NCBI GenBank assembly: GCA_965243395.1
Contig: CBDEUS010000002.1
Span: forward strand, 910,491-974,490
Length of the DNA: 64,000 nt
Source: Gammaproteobacteria bacterium
GTDB lineage: Bacteria; Pseudomonadota; Gammaproteobacteria; UBA4575
Reading direction: 5' to 3'
Shown piece after piece: positions 1-10,051 of the stretch. The notes under the pieces were generated by a model. That model was not told where the DNA came from, searched no databases, and saw only the letters and a list, made by a program, of their open reading frames with translations. Numbering within the stretch: position 1 is the first letter of the stretch; each line of letters starts with the position of its first letter. Both the position numbers and the translations under genes were made by a program.

Positions 1-112
1 AGTAACATGCCAAGCGGAATGTTATCAATACAATAGAAGTCGTCATCTTCTAAAGTATTAATCGCTACAGATTTTCCTGAGCCCGAAAGACCACTGACAA
101 TAACTAATTTCA
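1..112 (-). CDS. rapZ: RNase adapter protein RapZ (YhbJ), N-terminal fragment; gene continues beyond window start
   Basis: The reverse complement of nt 1-112 translates to [37 protein letters not shown]. This has a Walker A P-loop and matches the conserved RapZ N-terminus. Its position after ptsN/hprK fits the rpoN-cluster synteny. Confidence 0.7.
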
Positions 113-127
113 TTATTTATTCTTACT

Positions 128-1087
128 TCACTGCATAGATTTTTTTTGGCGTTCAATAAAATCTTCACTGGCATTGTAACCATTCTTAATTAGTAAATGA
201 TCACGCACAGCTGCTTCTACTAGTACCGCTAAATTTCTGCCCGGCGCCACAGGTAATGAAATCGTGGCAATATCTACGCCAAGAATATTGGTTTTTCTTT
301 CTGATAATCTAAGTCGATCTTCAGATTTAGGTACGTTCATCTTGGGAGGGATTAGATCAATAATTAATTTAAGAAATTTATTAGATTTAATTGCACTATC
401 ACCATACATCTCACGAATATTTAATACCCCTAATCCACGAACTTCTAAAAAGTTTTTTAACAAATCGGGGCAAGTGCCATTTACAGTTTCGGGTGCGATG
501 CGTGCAAATTCAGGTGCATCATCTGCGATTAAACGGTGTCCTCGACTAACAAGATCCAGGGCGAGCTCACTTTTTCCTAGACCACTTTTACCCGTTATTA
601 ACACTCCAACACTGATCACTTCCATAAAAACACCATGCAGTATTTCTTTTTCTGCGAGGGCTTGGGTTAAGTAGTAACGTAATTGATCAATTAACTCATT
701 ACTGGAGAGTGAAGAACAAATAATTGGCAAATCATACTTGAGAGAGTGTTCCCTGAAACTTTCAGGTGGTGTTAGACCATCACTAATAAAAATTGCGGCA
801 GATTTTCTTTGGAATAATTGGGTAAGCAAATTTTGTAAAATATTATCATCAGCTTTGTTGAAAAACTTTAATTCAGTTTCACCAAGAATTTGAGCTTGGT
901 TTGGGTGTATTAAATTAAAATAACCCACTAAGCCAATTTCAGAGGAAGAGAAAGATAAGCGGGTGAAACCGAGGCCACTGTCTTTATTTCCAGACCACCA
1001 ATTAAGATCTAGGTTTTCTTTGTTTTTTGAAAACAGATCTATAGTTTTAAGCGCTACAGTAGCATCTTGTGGTTTTCCAACAGCCAT
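128..1087 (-). CDS. hprK: HPr kinase/phosphorylase
   Basis: The 319-aa ORF carries a P-loop GKSGLGKSE followed by LVSRGHRLIADD and LEVRGLGVLN, which are characteristic HprK motifs. It lies between ptsN and rapZ. Confidence 0.85.
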   Translation of the reverse strand: MAVGKPQDATVALKTIDLFSKNKENLDLNWWSGNKDSGLGFTRLSFSSSEIGLVGYFNLIHPNQAQILGETELKFFNKADDNILQNLLTQLFQRKSAAIFISDGLTPPESFREHSLKYDLPIICSSLSSNELIDQLRYYLTQALAEKEILHGVFMEVISVGVLITGKSGLGKSELALDLVSRGHRLIADDAPEFARIAPETVNGTCPDLLKNFLEVRGLGVLNIREMYGDSAIKSNKFLKLIIDLIPPKMNVPKSEDRLRLSERKTNILGVDIATISLPVAPGRNLAVLVEAAVRDHLLIKNGYNASEDFIERQKKSMQ

Positions 1088-1171
1088 ATAGTTTATATAC
1101 AGCTCTATTTAGAACTGATCAAGATAAAACTCAGTTTGATGTGCAGTGAACGTAAAAGTTGTGCCCGAAAG

Positions 1172-1639
1172 CTAGGCAGCGAGGTGTTTTGGGTCTTGGG
1201 TGAGAATCTGATACAGCTCTGAAGCATTATTAGATTCTTGGATGGATTTTCGTAATTGCTCATTGTCGAGTAGTTCCGCAAGGCCCGCTAAAAGCTGCAG
1301 GTGATCCTCGTCTGCGTCTTCAGGTACGATCAGGCAAAACAAAAAATTCACTAAGTGTTCATCGCTAGCTTCAAAATCAACACCTTCCTCTAATTTAAGG
1401 ATTGATACAAAGATATTATCCAGCTCTTCTAATCGGCAATGAGGAATTGCAATTCCATTACCTAAGCCTGTGCTTCCCAGCTTTTCACGTGCGAGCAGCG
1501 CATCAAGCACTTTATTTTTGTTTACACTAGTATCTTGATGAGCTATTGCCTCACTTAAAATTTCAAGTGCTCTTTTTTTACTACTAACCGAGGGAGAGAA
1601 AACAATCCCTTGTTCAGAGATAAAATCTTTGATTTGCAT
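1172..1639 (-). CDS. ptsN: PTS IIA-like nitrogen regulatory protein EIIA-Ntr
   Basis: The 155-aa ORF has a PTS EIIA type-2 fold with an active-site His context (GIAIPHCR). Its position downstream of hpf matches rpoN-cluster synteny. Confidence 0.85.
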   Translation of the reverse strand: MQIKDFISEQGIVFSPSVSSKKRALEILSEAIAHQDTSVNKNKVLDALLAREKLGSTGLGNGIAIPHCRLEELDNIFVSILKLEEGVDFEASDEHLVNFLFCLIVPEDADEDHLQLLAGLAELLDNEQLRKSIQESNNASELYQILTQDPKHLAA

Positions 1640-1663
1640 GCTATTGAAGAAATTATTATTGGA

Positions 1664-1984
1664 CTAATGTATTACGTGATGTTCAACGTCACGTTGGTGA
1701 TGATCTTTAAGCTTTTCTTTATGTTTAACGATCTGTCGGTCTAGCTTATCTACTAAGCTGTCTACTGCTGCATACATTCCATCGCTTGTTGCCTCAGCAA
1801 ATATATTATTGCGACTTACTTGCAAAGACGCTTCTGCATGATGATCATGTTTTTCTACAGTTAAAATTACATGAATATTAATTACATGATCAAAGTGTCT
1901 GGTTAGTTTTTCAAATTTTTTTTCTACGTAGTCCTTTAATGAGGTTGTGATTTTAAGATGTTGCCCCGTTATATTTATTTGCAT
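1664..1984 (-). CDS. hpf: ribosome hibernation promoting factor
   Basis: The 106-aa ORF resembles the YhbH/Hpf family (MQINITGQHLKITTSLKDYVEKKFEKL) and sits immediately downstream of rpoN. Confidence 0.85.
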   Translation of the reverse strand: MQINITGQHLKITTSLKDYVEKKFEKLTRHFDHVINIHVILTVEKHDHHAEASLQVSRNNIFAEATSDGMYAAVDSLVDKLDRQIVKHKEKLKDHHQRDVEHHVIH

Positions 1985-2044
1985 AATTATTCCCTCAATC
2001 TTATAGCTAATAGTAAATCACAGACTTTAAGAGATTAAAACAGC

Positions 2045-3520
2045 CTAAATGATTTGTTTCCTTTCATTAGAAGGCGGTATTCCTAAAGATTCCCTATATT
2101 TAGCAATGGTACGTCGCGCAACACTGATGCCTTTTTGTTCAAGTAATAATGCTATTTTATTATCACTTAGTGGTTTTACTTGTGATTCTTCTTTAATTAG
2201 TTTTTTAATCATGGCGCGAATTGCTGTCGCGGAACAAATTCCCCCATCATTTGTGTTGACATGACTGGAAAAAAAGTATTTAAACTCAAATACCCCACGT
2301 GCAGATTCCAAATATTTATTTGTTGTTACACGTGAAATTGTAGATTCATGCATTTCTAATTCTTCAGCAATTTCGCGTAACACCAGTGGACGCATTGCTT
2401 CTTCTCCATACTCAAAAAATGCTCTTTGGTGTTGCACAATTGAAGTTGCCACTCGCATTAGCGTTTCGTTGCGACTTTGCAAGCTTTTTATAAACCATCT
2501 TGCTTCTTGTAGCTGATTACGTAAATAGTCTGCGTCTGCGCCATTGCTAGAATCTTTTATTAGGCTTGAATAGACATCATTAATGCGTAATTTTGGTGCA
2601 CTATCGGAGTTAAGTCTTACTCTCCAAGTGCCTTCATGTTTTGCTACATACACGTCGGGAATTATATATTCTGCTTTTTGAGTGCTTACTAAATCACCAG
2701 GTCTAGGATTGAGTGATTGAATTAGTTTGATGGCTTCTTCTACATCTTCAATATCAAGTTTTGTATGTTTTGAAATCTGTAGATGATTTTTTGTTGCCAC
2801 TAAATCTAAGTGGTGTTCAACAATCATGCGCGCTTCAGGCACAAAAGGAGTTGCATCAATCATCTGTTGCAATTGGATATCTAAACATTCTTGTAAATTC
2901 CGAGCACCTGAGCCAATCGGGTCCAGTCGTTGCACGAACTTTAATATTGCCTCAACTTCATCTAAATCGAGCTGATCTGCATCAATTTCGCGTTCTTTGA
3001 TTAGATTTTCATAAATACTTTCGACCGGCTCCTGCAGATAACCGGATTCATCTAAATAATCGATTAATGTGCTAGCGATAATACGGTCTAAATCTGAGAG
3101 GGTACTGAGCTCTAGCTGCCAAAGTAGATGTTCTTGCAAGGAGTTCTGGTCTTCACTACTTTGATTTTCTAAAAATTCAGAGTAATCGTCAGTTTTCTGA
3201 CTCCCGGAGATGGCGTGACTAGGTTCATAATAATCATCCCACTGGCTATCTGTGGGAAGCTCATCAGGTAAATTTTCGTTTTGACCTAGTTCAGCAACCT
3301 CAGTTGTTGGTTCATCATTTTCATTTTCCTTACTGCTCGGTGTAAGCGTTTCAAGTGATGTCTCATCCTCTGTTTCCAGCATAGGGTTGGTCTCAAAGGC
3401 TTCCTGAATTTCTGCTTTGAGCTCTAATGAAGAAAGCTGCAATAAGCGAATCGCTTGCTGCAGCTGAGGGGTCATCGTAAGTTGCTGACCAATTTTGACT
3501 TGAAGTGAAGGTTTCAGCAT
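2045..3520 (-). CDS. rpoN: RNA polymerase sigma-54 factor
   Basis: The 491-aa ORF has the canonical N-terminus (QLTMTPQLQQAIRLLQLS), an acidic region II and the C-terminal RpoN box (ARRTIAKYRE). Confidence 0.95.
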   Translation of the reverse strand: MLKPSLQVKIGQQLTMTPQLQQAIRLLQLSSLELKAEIQEAFETNPMLETEDETSLETLTPSSKENENDEPTTEVAELGQNENLPDELPTDSQWDDYYEPSHAISGSQKTDDYSEFLENQSSEDQNSLQEHLLWQLELSTLSDLDRIIASTLIDYLDESGYLQEPVESIYENLIKEREIDADQLDLDEVEAILKFVQRLDPIGSGARNLQECLDIQLQQMIDATPFVPEARMIVEHHLDLVATKNHLQISKHTKLDIEDVEEAIKLIQSLNPRPGDLVSTQKAEYIIPDVYVAKHEGTWRVRLNSDSAPKLRINDVYSSLIKDSSNGADADYLRNQLQEARWFIKSLQSRNETLMRVATSIVQHQRAFFEYGEEAMRPLVLREIAEELEMHESTISRVTTNKYLESARGVFEFKYFFSSHVNTNDGGICSATAIRAMIKKLIKEESQVKPLSDNKIALLLEQKGISVARRTIAKYRESLGIPPSNERKQII

Positions 3521-3531
3521 ACCTTCAATTA

Positions 3532-3547
3532 TGGCACGAAAATTGCT
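3532..3547 (+). promoter_or_regulatory. sigma-54 -24/-12 promoter-like element (TGGCACGAAAATTGCT) on the strand opposite to rpoN, 12 nt from the rpoN start codon
   Basis: The sequence is an exact match to the TGGCACG-N4-TTGCW consensus. GG sits at 3533-3534 and GC at 3545-3546, giving the correct spacing. It points into the antisense strand of lptB. Confidence 0.45.
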
Positions 3548-3665
3548 TCTAAAATACTAATTATGGTAACTGCTCGTCGTCTTAATGGCGCATACAGTAC
3601 ATCATAAGAATTATTCCTAGTGTACTAATGCGACATTTATTTGACAGTATTGTGTGTGAATAAAA

Positions 3666-4394
3666 CTAATTGAGTGTGAAGTTTGAACCAAGATAGACAT
3701 CTTGCACTTCTTTGTTGCGTAATAAATTCTCTGGCGTACCTGATGCGAGAACACGACCTTCGTTTAGAATGTAAGCGTGATCACATATGCCTAAAGTTTC
3801 ACGGACATTATGATCTGTAATGAGTAAACCTATACCTTTATCGCGCAGCTCTTTTAAGATGCGTTGAATATCTTTTACAGCAATTGGATCAACACCAGCA
3901 AAGGGTTCATCAAGTAGTATAAATTTAGGCTGCGTTGCAAGTGCTCTCGCAATTTCTGCACGTCTTCTCTCGCCACCGGATAAACTTAAGCCTTTATGAT
4001 CACGTATATGTTCAATTTGTAAATCATCAAGTAACGACTTGCATTCTTGTTTTCGCTGGTTGCTTGTTAAGTTGCCACGTGCTTCAAGACTTACCAAAAT
4101 ATTTTGTTCTACAGTAAGTCCGCGAAAGATTGAAGCTTCTTGCGGTAAATAACCAATACCATGTTTAGCGCGTTGATGCATAGGCATACGAGTGATGTTA
4201 CTTTCATCCAATAAAATTACTCCATCATCACAATGGATTAGGCCTACCAACATGTAAAAGCATGTAGTTTTACCCGCACCGTTGGGGCCCAATAAACCAA
4301 CAACTTCACCAGATTTAATCTCTAGTGAAGCATTATCTACCACTACACGTGATTTAAACTGTTTGCACAGGTTTTCTGCACTAAAAATACTCAT
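3666..4394 (-). CDS. lptB: LPS export ABC transporter ATP-binding protein
   Basis: The 242-aa ORF has Walker A (GPNGAGKTT), an ABC signature (LSGGERRR) and Walker B (ILLDEP). It lies directly upstream of rpoN as in E. coli and Pseudomonas. Confidence 0.9.
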   Translation of the reverse strand: MSIFSAENLCKQFKSRVVVDNASLEIKSGEVVGLLGPNGAGKTTCFYMLVGLIHCDDGVILLDESNITRMPMHQRAKHGIGYLPQEASIFRGLTVEQNILVSLEARGNLTSNQRKQECKSLLDDLQIEHIRDHKGLSLSGGERRRAEIARALATQPKFILLDEPFAGVDPIAVKDIQRILKELRDKGIGLLITDHNVRETLGICDHAYILNEGRVLASGTPENLLRNKEVQDVYLGSNFTLN

Positions 4395-4431
4395 TAATCT
4401 AATTGTGAATTATTGATTTGTAAGAGTTTTG

Positions 4432-4956
4432 TTATTCAGATGCATCTTTAACAGTTTCTGGAAATACCCTGATATTGACACGATCGTTACCAGAACTACT
4501 ACCAGCTTTAACAATTTCTTTATCTGTAAAAAAAGTGATGCTATCACTAGCAAAGGTATTTCCAGCTTCGGTTAATTTTGCGTTATTGGTCAAAACTATT
4601 TTATTTTCAGTGATGCTGTAAACCATTTTTTCGGCTTCAGCATTAATTAAACGTCCATCATCGGTTTGCTGCTTAAACGTACTTAACTTGCCTTCAGAAG
4701 TAATCTTTTTCACTTTCTTGTTTTTCGTTTCTAGGACCACTACGTCACCCGTAAGGCGCATACTTCCTTGAATTATTTCGACATTACCTTTGTAAGTACT
4801 AATACCCGTTATGTCGTTAATTTCTGCAGAATCAGCCTGAATATTTATTGGTTTGGTTGAATCATCTGAGAGGGCATTTGCATAATCACTGAGTAGAAGC
4901 ATGAATACTAAAGCGAAAATAAGCTTAATAAAAATTTTAACTTTATTATGGATCAT
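4432..4956 (-). CDS. lptA: LPS transport periplasmic protein LptA (OstA-like)
   Basis: The 174-aa ORF has a signal peptide and OstA-N-like beta-jellyroll repeats. It sits between lptC and lptB. Confidence 0.75.
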   Translation of the reverse strand: MIHNKVKIFIKLIFALVFMLLLSDYANALSDDSTKPINIQADSAEINDITGISTYKGNVEIIQGSMRLTGDVVVLETKNKKVKKITSEGKLSTFKQQTDDGRLINAEAEKMVYSITENKIVLTNNAKLTEAGNTFASDSITFFTDKEIVKAGSSSGNDRVNIRVFPETVKDASE

Positions 4957-5509
4957 GTTGGGCTTTCACATTGCTATGCAGTTGTAAGATTTTAGTATCA
5001 AGATTTAGCGTCATCCCAAGTGCAGTAATTTTTTGTGATCCGCGTGATGCGGTAACGGGCAAATCTGTTGTTACCTGTTGTTCACTTTGTGAAACTCTAA
5101 TTTTATCGGTAAAAATATTTAATGGATATGGGTCTTCCTTGGTTGCAGGTTGTGTAATCTCTACATTTCCAATTAAAGTAATCACATCATTTTCATTATA
5201 CGTTTCACCTTTTTTAGAGGTAGCATAAATTACACTACCATTCTTGTTGTAAATTTCTATGTTAGGTGAGTCAAACTCGCTTTTTTGTTCCTGTTGATAA
5301 AGCCAATATTTAGGTGAAGATAACTTATACTGGGGTTGTCCTGCTGGTGAGTTAATAATCATATCAATATTTTCAAAACTTACGTTCGGTATGTCATTGT
5401 TATTTACTACAGGTGAATTAGTAATATTTTCACGCTGATTTAAAAATGACAAAGTTAGCCCGCCGCCTACGAATATTAAGCAGAAAATCCATATGATTCT
5501 ATAAGGCAT
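4946..5509 (-). CDS. lptC: LPS export system protein LptC
   Basis: The 187-aa ORF has an N-terminal membrane anchor followed by a periplasmic domain. It sits between kdsC and lptA. Confidence 0.7.
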   Translation of the reverse strand: MPYRIIWIFCLIFVGGGLTLSFLNQRENITNSPVVNNNDIPNVSFENIDMIINSPAGQPQYKLSSPKYWLYQQEQKSEFDSPNIEIYNKNGSVIYATSKKGETYNENDVITLIGNVEITQPATKEDPYPLNIFTDKIRVSQSEQQVTTDLPVTASRGSQKITALGMTLNLDTKILQLHSNVKAQHDP

Positions 5510-5512
5510 GCT

Positions 5513-6055
5513 TTATGGGCCTTTTCTAAGATTATATTCAAGTGCTTTTGTTAATAGACCTTGTGATTCTAATAACAGTTCACACACTTCGCGTACAGCT
5601 CCATGGCCTCCATGGGTAGTTGTCTGCCAGTGCGCTTGTTGCTTTACATAATAATGTGCATTGGCTACTGCAATACTTAAACCGCATTGCGACATAATTT
5701 GTAAATCGACAATGTCATCGCCAACAAATGAAGTTTGCTCTTTGCTTAGATTTAATTCTTTTAACAAATCGTTATAGACCGAGTGCTTGTCAATTACTCC
5801 TTGATATACATGTGCTACATCTAAATCTCGCATGCGGTGTTCTAATGCCTTTGATGTCCGCCCCGTTATTACCCCCACTTGAATTCCATAATGCTGCAAT
5901 AAACGAATGCCATGGCCATCTTGGGTATTAAATGTTTTAATTTCCTCACCATTGGCATCAACATGTATGTTACCGTCAGTTAAGACGCCATCTACATCAA
6001 ATAATGCTAAACGAATGTTTTTAGCGCGTTCTAAAATTTTATTTTCTATTTTCAT
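5513..6055 (-). CDS. kdsC: 3-deoxy-D-manno-octulosonate 8-phosphate phosphatase (HAD family)
   Basis: The 180-aa ORF has the HAD motif I (ALFDVDGVLTDG) and shows the KdsC family pattern. Confidence 0.85.
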   Translation of the reverse strand: MKIENKILERAKNIRLALFDVDGVLTDGNIHVDANGEEIKTFNTQDGHGIRLLQHYGIQVGVITGRTSKALEHRMRDLDVAHVYQGVIDKHSVYNDLLKELNLSKEQTSFVGDDIVDLQIMSQCGLSIAVANAHYYVKQQAHWQTTTHGGHGAVREVCELLLESQGLLTKALEYNLRKGP

Positions 6056-6056
6056 T

Positions 6057-7001
6057 TTATATTGACTGTATATATATAAAGTACATATAAACTAAGTATC
6101 CACTGAGAAAAAGTAATCCAAAAATTCGTGGAATATATTTTTTACGTAAAAAAATTAGTACCAATGCAAACAATATCGCAGTTGCAAATAACATCGCGGG
6201 ATAATCACGTGTAAATACTTGATCTGGTAATGAATAACTTGTGATTAAGCTGGCTGTAGCCGTTACACCAAGCGTGTTAAATATATTTGAGCCAACAACA
6301 TTACCAAGTGCAAGTTCACTATGTTTTTTTAGTGCGCTAGCAACACAGGTGGCTATTTCTGGCAAGCTAGTCCCAAGAGCGATTATCGTTAAGCCTATTA
6401 TTAAATCACTCACTCCAAGATTTTTTGCAATACCCACAGCCGCCCATACAACTAATTTTGAACTTAGCAGCAGTACTACAAGTCCAACAATTAAATCGAA
6501 AATAATTCTTACAGTCGGCTTATTATTGCCTATATTTTCGATGGCATGTTCTATCTCGCCATCACATTTTGATAAAACATAAAGTGTTATGAGTAAAGCG
6601 AGTAATAAAATTAAACCATCTAGGAATGTTAACTGATGGTCATAAATCAAAACCGTTAATAGAATGGTCGCTGCGAGTAATAATAAAAAGTTTCGACGTA
6701 CGATTTCAGCATAAATTACGAGTGGCAAAATGCACAAAGTGACCCCAAGTACGAGAGTTATGTTAGTGATATTCGAACCTATGGCATTACCGATTGCTAA
6801 GCCAGGATTCCCCTGCCAGGCCGAAATTGCAGAAACCAATAATTCCGGTGCCGAGGTACCAAAACCTAATATCACAATGCCAATAAGGATTTTTGATAAA
6901 TTTAGATGTTGACCTAGAAGGAGTGCTTCATCGGCGAAGCGATTTGCACTCCACAATAACAGCAAAAACCCTAATACCAAGGCAATTATGAAGGTCAACA
7001 T
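6057..7001 (-). CDS. yrbG: Ca2+/Na+ antiporter family membrane protein (YrbG-like CaCA exchanger)
   Basis: The 314-aa polytopic membrane protein has two alpha-repeat motifs (GTSAPEL and GTSLPEI). Its position next to kdsC matches E. coli yrbG. Confidence 0.8.
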   Translation of the reverse strand: MLTFIIALVLGFLLLLWSANRFADEALLLGQHLNLSKILIGIVILGFGTSAPELLVSAISAWQGNPGLAIGNAIGSNITNITLVLGVTLCILPLVIYAEIVRRNFLLLLAATILLTVLIYDHQLTFLDGLILLLALLITLYVLSKCDGEIEHAIENIGNNKPTVRIIFDLIVGLVVLLLSSKLVVWAAVGIAKNLGVSDLIIGLTIIALGTSLPEIATCVASALKKHSELALGNVVGSNIFNTLGVTATASLITSYSLPDQVFTRDYPAMLFATAILFALVLIFLRKKYIPRIFGLLFLSGYLVYMYFIYIQSI

Positions 7002-7170
7002 ATATACGATTTTAGTTTATAGAGTTTGAGATGAGTGCGTCGCCAAGCATACTATAAGCAGGTATGATATTCGGCTTGAATTATAAGTCGAAATAATCAC
7101 TTAGACTGGGAATATAATTCTCGCGCAGCGGAATCGCTATAGCAAACCATTATATATAAGAATAATAACA

Positions 7171-7968
7171 GTGGAATCAATTGTACAAATTCGCGATCTG
7201 CATTTTACTCGTGGCACTCGCAAAATCTTCAATGGTATTAGTTTAGATATACATGCCGGGCAAGTGACAGCTTTTATGGGCCCTAGTGGCACCGGTAAAA
7301 CTACATTATTAAAGCTGATAGGTGGTCAGTTGCGCCCGGATAAAGGCTCCGTACAGGTGTTTGGCGAGAATATTCACCATGTTAATCAAGAAACACTTTA
7401 TACAGTGCGTAAAAAAATGGGCATGCTTTTTCAAAGTGGCGCCTTACTAACTGATTTGAACGTTTTCGAAAATGTCGCCTTCCCATTACGCGAACATACT
7501 CAATTGCCAGAACAAATTATCCGTGATCTTGTCTTACTTAAGCTTGAATCAGTGGGTTTGCGTGGAGCGAGAAAACTCATGCCAAGTCAATTATCAGGTG
7601 GAATGGCAAGGCGTGTAGCTTTAGCAAGAGCGATCGTTCTTGACCCAAGTATGATTATGTATGATGAGCCGTTTACTGGGTTAGATCCTATCACTAAAGG
7701 CACTATTGTAACTTTAATAAAAGAGTTAAATGAAAGTATGGGTTTAACCAGTGTTATTGTTTCTCATGATGTTGATGAAACATTGTCAATCGCGGACTAT
7801 ATCTATGTAATTTCTGAAGGTGAAATTGTCGAGTCTGGAGCTCCAGATAACTTATCCACCAGTACATCCGATTGGATGCAGCAGTTTCTGCAAGGTTTAC
7901 CGGATGGTCCGGTACCATTTCATTATCCATCTGAAGAATTTAAATCTGATTTATTAGCGGGTAGATAA
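7171..7968 (+). CDS. mlaF: phospholipid ABC transporter ATP-binding protein MlaF (GTG start)
   Basis: It has Walker A (GPSGTGKTT) and an ABC signature (LSGGMARR). It is the first gene of the mlaFEDCB block. Confidence 0.9.
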   Translation: MESIVQIRDLHFTRGTRKIFNGISLDIHAGQVTAFMGPSGTGKTTLLKLIGGQLRPDKGSVQVFGENIHHVNQETLYTVRKKMGMLFQSGALLTDLNVFENVAFPLREHTQLPEQIIRDLVLLKLESVGLRGARKLMPSQLSGGMARRVALARAIVLDPSMIMYDEPFTGLDPITKGTIVTLIKELNESMGLTSVIVSHDVDETLSIADYIYVISEGEIVESGAPDNLSTSTSDWMQQFLQGLPDGPVPFHYPSEEFKSDLLAGR

Positions 7969-8753
7969 TGATTGCTTCTACATTACAAAATATTGGTGCG
8001 CGTGCTTTAGGTGTTTTTGAAAGCTTTGGCAGTGCGTCAATATTTTTCGCCAAAATCATTGCTGCTGTACCTCGTGCACTTACCCGGCCACGACTTATTG
8101 TAAAGGAAATATATTCAGTAGGTGTTTTGTCTCTAACCATTATTGTTGTATCGGGTCTTTTCGTGGGTATGGTGCTGGGCTTGCAAGGTTACGTGACACT
8201 CGTTGACTTTGGCGCCGAAGAATCTTTGGGTGTAGTTGTGGCAATGACTTTAGTGCGTGAATTGGGTCCTGTGGTAACGGCATTACTTTTCGCTGGACGA
8301 GCAGGTTCAGCATTGGCCGCTGAAATTGGCCTAATGAAAGCAACAGAACAACTTTCAAGCATGGAAATGATGGCAGTAGACCCCATCCGACGCATCATCA
8401 CACCGCGATTTATTGGTGGTTTTATCTCGGTACCTTTGCTAACTGCGATTTTCACTGCAGTGGGCATCTTAGGAGGAAGATTTGTAGGTGTTGGAATGTT
8501 AGGTATTGATGAGGGTTCCTATTGGTCGCAAATGCAGGCCAATGTTGATCTTATTGATGATGTTGCCAACGGTATGATTAAAGGAGTGGTATTCGCAGTA
8601 GCGTGTGTGTGGATTGCCTTATATAAAGGCTATTCTGCAATACCTACGGCAGAAGGAATTAGTTTAGCAACGACGCATACTGTGGTTAATTCTGCATTAG
8701 CAGTTTTAGGATTGGATTTTGTGTTAACTGCTTTAATGTTTGGTGACTTATAA
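7968..8753 (+). CDS. mlaE: phospholipid ABC transporter permease MlaE
   Basis: The 261-aa ORF is a membrane permease and is translationally coupled to mlaF. Confidence 0.9.
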   Translation: MIASTLQNIGARALGVFESFGSASIFFAKIIAAVPRALTRPRLIVKEIYSVGVLSLTIIVVSGLFVGMVLGLQGYVTLVDFGAEESLGVVVAMTLVRELGPVVTALLFAGRAGSALAAEIGLMKATEQLSSMEMMAVDPIRRIITPRFIGGFISVPLLTAIFTAVGILGGRFVGVGMLGIDEGSYWSQMQANVDLIDDVANGMIKGVVFAVACVWIALYKGYSAIPTAEGISLATTHTVVNSALAVLGLDFVLTALMFGDL

Positions 8754-8789
8754 ATAAAATTTTAAAAATAAAGTTAGGATAGAACTAGT

Positions 8790-9248
8790 ATGACGACGCG
8801 TTTTATTGAAATCATGGTGGGGCTATTTGTAGTGCTTGGTTTTTTAGCATTGTTTATGTTGGCAATGAAAGTGAGTAACTTAAGCCGTTTAACCGACAAT
8901 GATGGTTACGAAGTCACTGCTTACTTTGAAAATATTGGTGGTTTGAAGGTGCGCTCACCGGTGACTGTATCGGGTGTGAGAGTTGGACAAATAACGAGTA
9001 TTGTTTATGATGCAGATCGTTATGAAGCTCGTGTAGTGATGCGAATTCAAGATGAGCATGACTATTTTCCGATTGACACTACTGCGAGCATTTATACCGC
9101 GGGATTATTGGGGGAACAATATATTGCCTTAGAGCCAGGGGCAGAAGATGATGTATTAACCTCAGGTGATACCATAGAATTTACTCAATCAGCTCTGGTT
9201 CTAGAGGAGATAATTGGCAAAATTGTTGTCAAACTAACATCTGGGTAA
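8790..9248 (+). CDS. mlaD: MCE-domain substrate-binding protein MlaD
   Basis: The 152-aa ORF has an N-terminal TM helix followed by an MCE domain. Confidence 0.85.
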   Translation: MTTRFIEIMVGLFVVLGFLALFMLAMKVSNLSRLTDNDGYEVTAYFENIGGLKVRSPVTVSGVRVGQITSIVYDADRYEARVVMRIQDEHDYFPIDTTASIYTAGLLGEQYIALEPGAEDDVLTSGDTIEFTQSALVLEEIIGKIVVKLTSG

Positions 9249-9322
9249 ATTAATCAGCCATAAGTTGCTGATTTATATGCAGCTGTTAATTTTAATATTC
9301 TTCAATATTAAGGAGCTCCATT

Positions 9323-10021
9323 GTGACCAATTCTAAGGTGACAGACATGACGCTAATCAGGTCTATGTCAAAAAAATATATTCAAATTTCATTTGCAGCG
9401 GTGATGATCGTAATCCTCATTATGTGGGCTTATGTTTTTGCGATCGATGATCGTACACCCGAACAGATTGTAGAAGAGACATCTGCAACCGTATTGAAAG
9501 CGATAAACGAACAAAATGCAGAATTGCGAGAAGACCCTACGCTTATCAATGATCTGATTAATGACACTGTTATTCCTACTATTGATTTAGGTTCAATGGG
9601 TAAATTAATCTTAGGCAAGTACTGGAAGAAAGCTAGTCAGGAACAGCGCACAAATTTTGTTAATGAATTTAAAGACATGCTCATTCGCACTTATGCAAAA
9701 TCTTTAGTTGATTATGGTCATGCAAAGATTAAAGTTTTACCTAATCGTGATAAAAATCAAGGTAAGTATTACACCGTGCAATCTGAACTTGATATTGGCT
9801 CTGGTAAAACCCCATTACAAGTTGCATATATTTTCCGTAAGAACAAACAAGAAGAATGGAAAGTTTTTGATTTAGCAGTGGACGGATTAAGTTTGGTAAA
9901 AAACTTTCGTACCAGTTTTGGTCAAGAAATTAAAGAAACTTCTTTAGACGCTTTGATAGAGCGTTTAGCTAATACAAATAAAACTGGAACAACTGACGAA
10001 GTTGCATCAGAACAAGGTTGA
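9323..10021 (+). CDS. mlaC: periplasmic phospholipid-binding protein MlaC (Ttg2D-like)
   Basis: The 232-aa ORF has a signal/TM segment and toluene-tolerance-family similarity. Its position in the mla operon supports the call. Confidence 0.8.
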   Translation: MTNSKVTDMTLIRSMSKKYIQISFAAVMIVILIMWAYVFAIDDRTPEQIVEETSATVLKAINEQNAELREDPTLINDLINDTVIPTIDLGSMGKLILGKYWKKASQEQRTNFVNEFKDMLIRTYAKSLVDYGHAKIKVLPNRDKNQGKYYTVQSELDIGSGKTPLQVAYIFRKNKQEEWKVFDLAVDGLSLVKNFRTSFGQEIKETSLDALIERLANTNKTGTTDEVASEQG

Positions 10022-10051
10022 TACGTAATCAAAGTTGAAATAGATATATAA

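Noticed and set aside
8140-8467. ORFs of 72 and 92 aa antisense within mlaE
   Set aside because: They are shadow ORFs opposite a well-supported permease gene.
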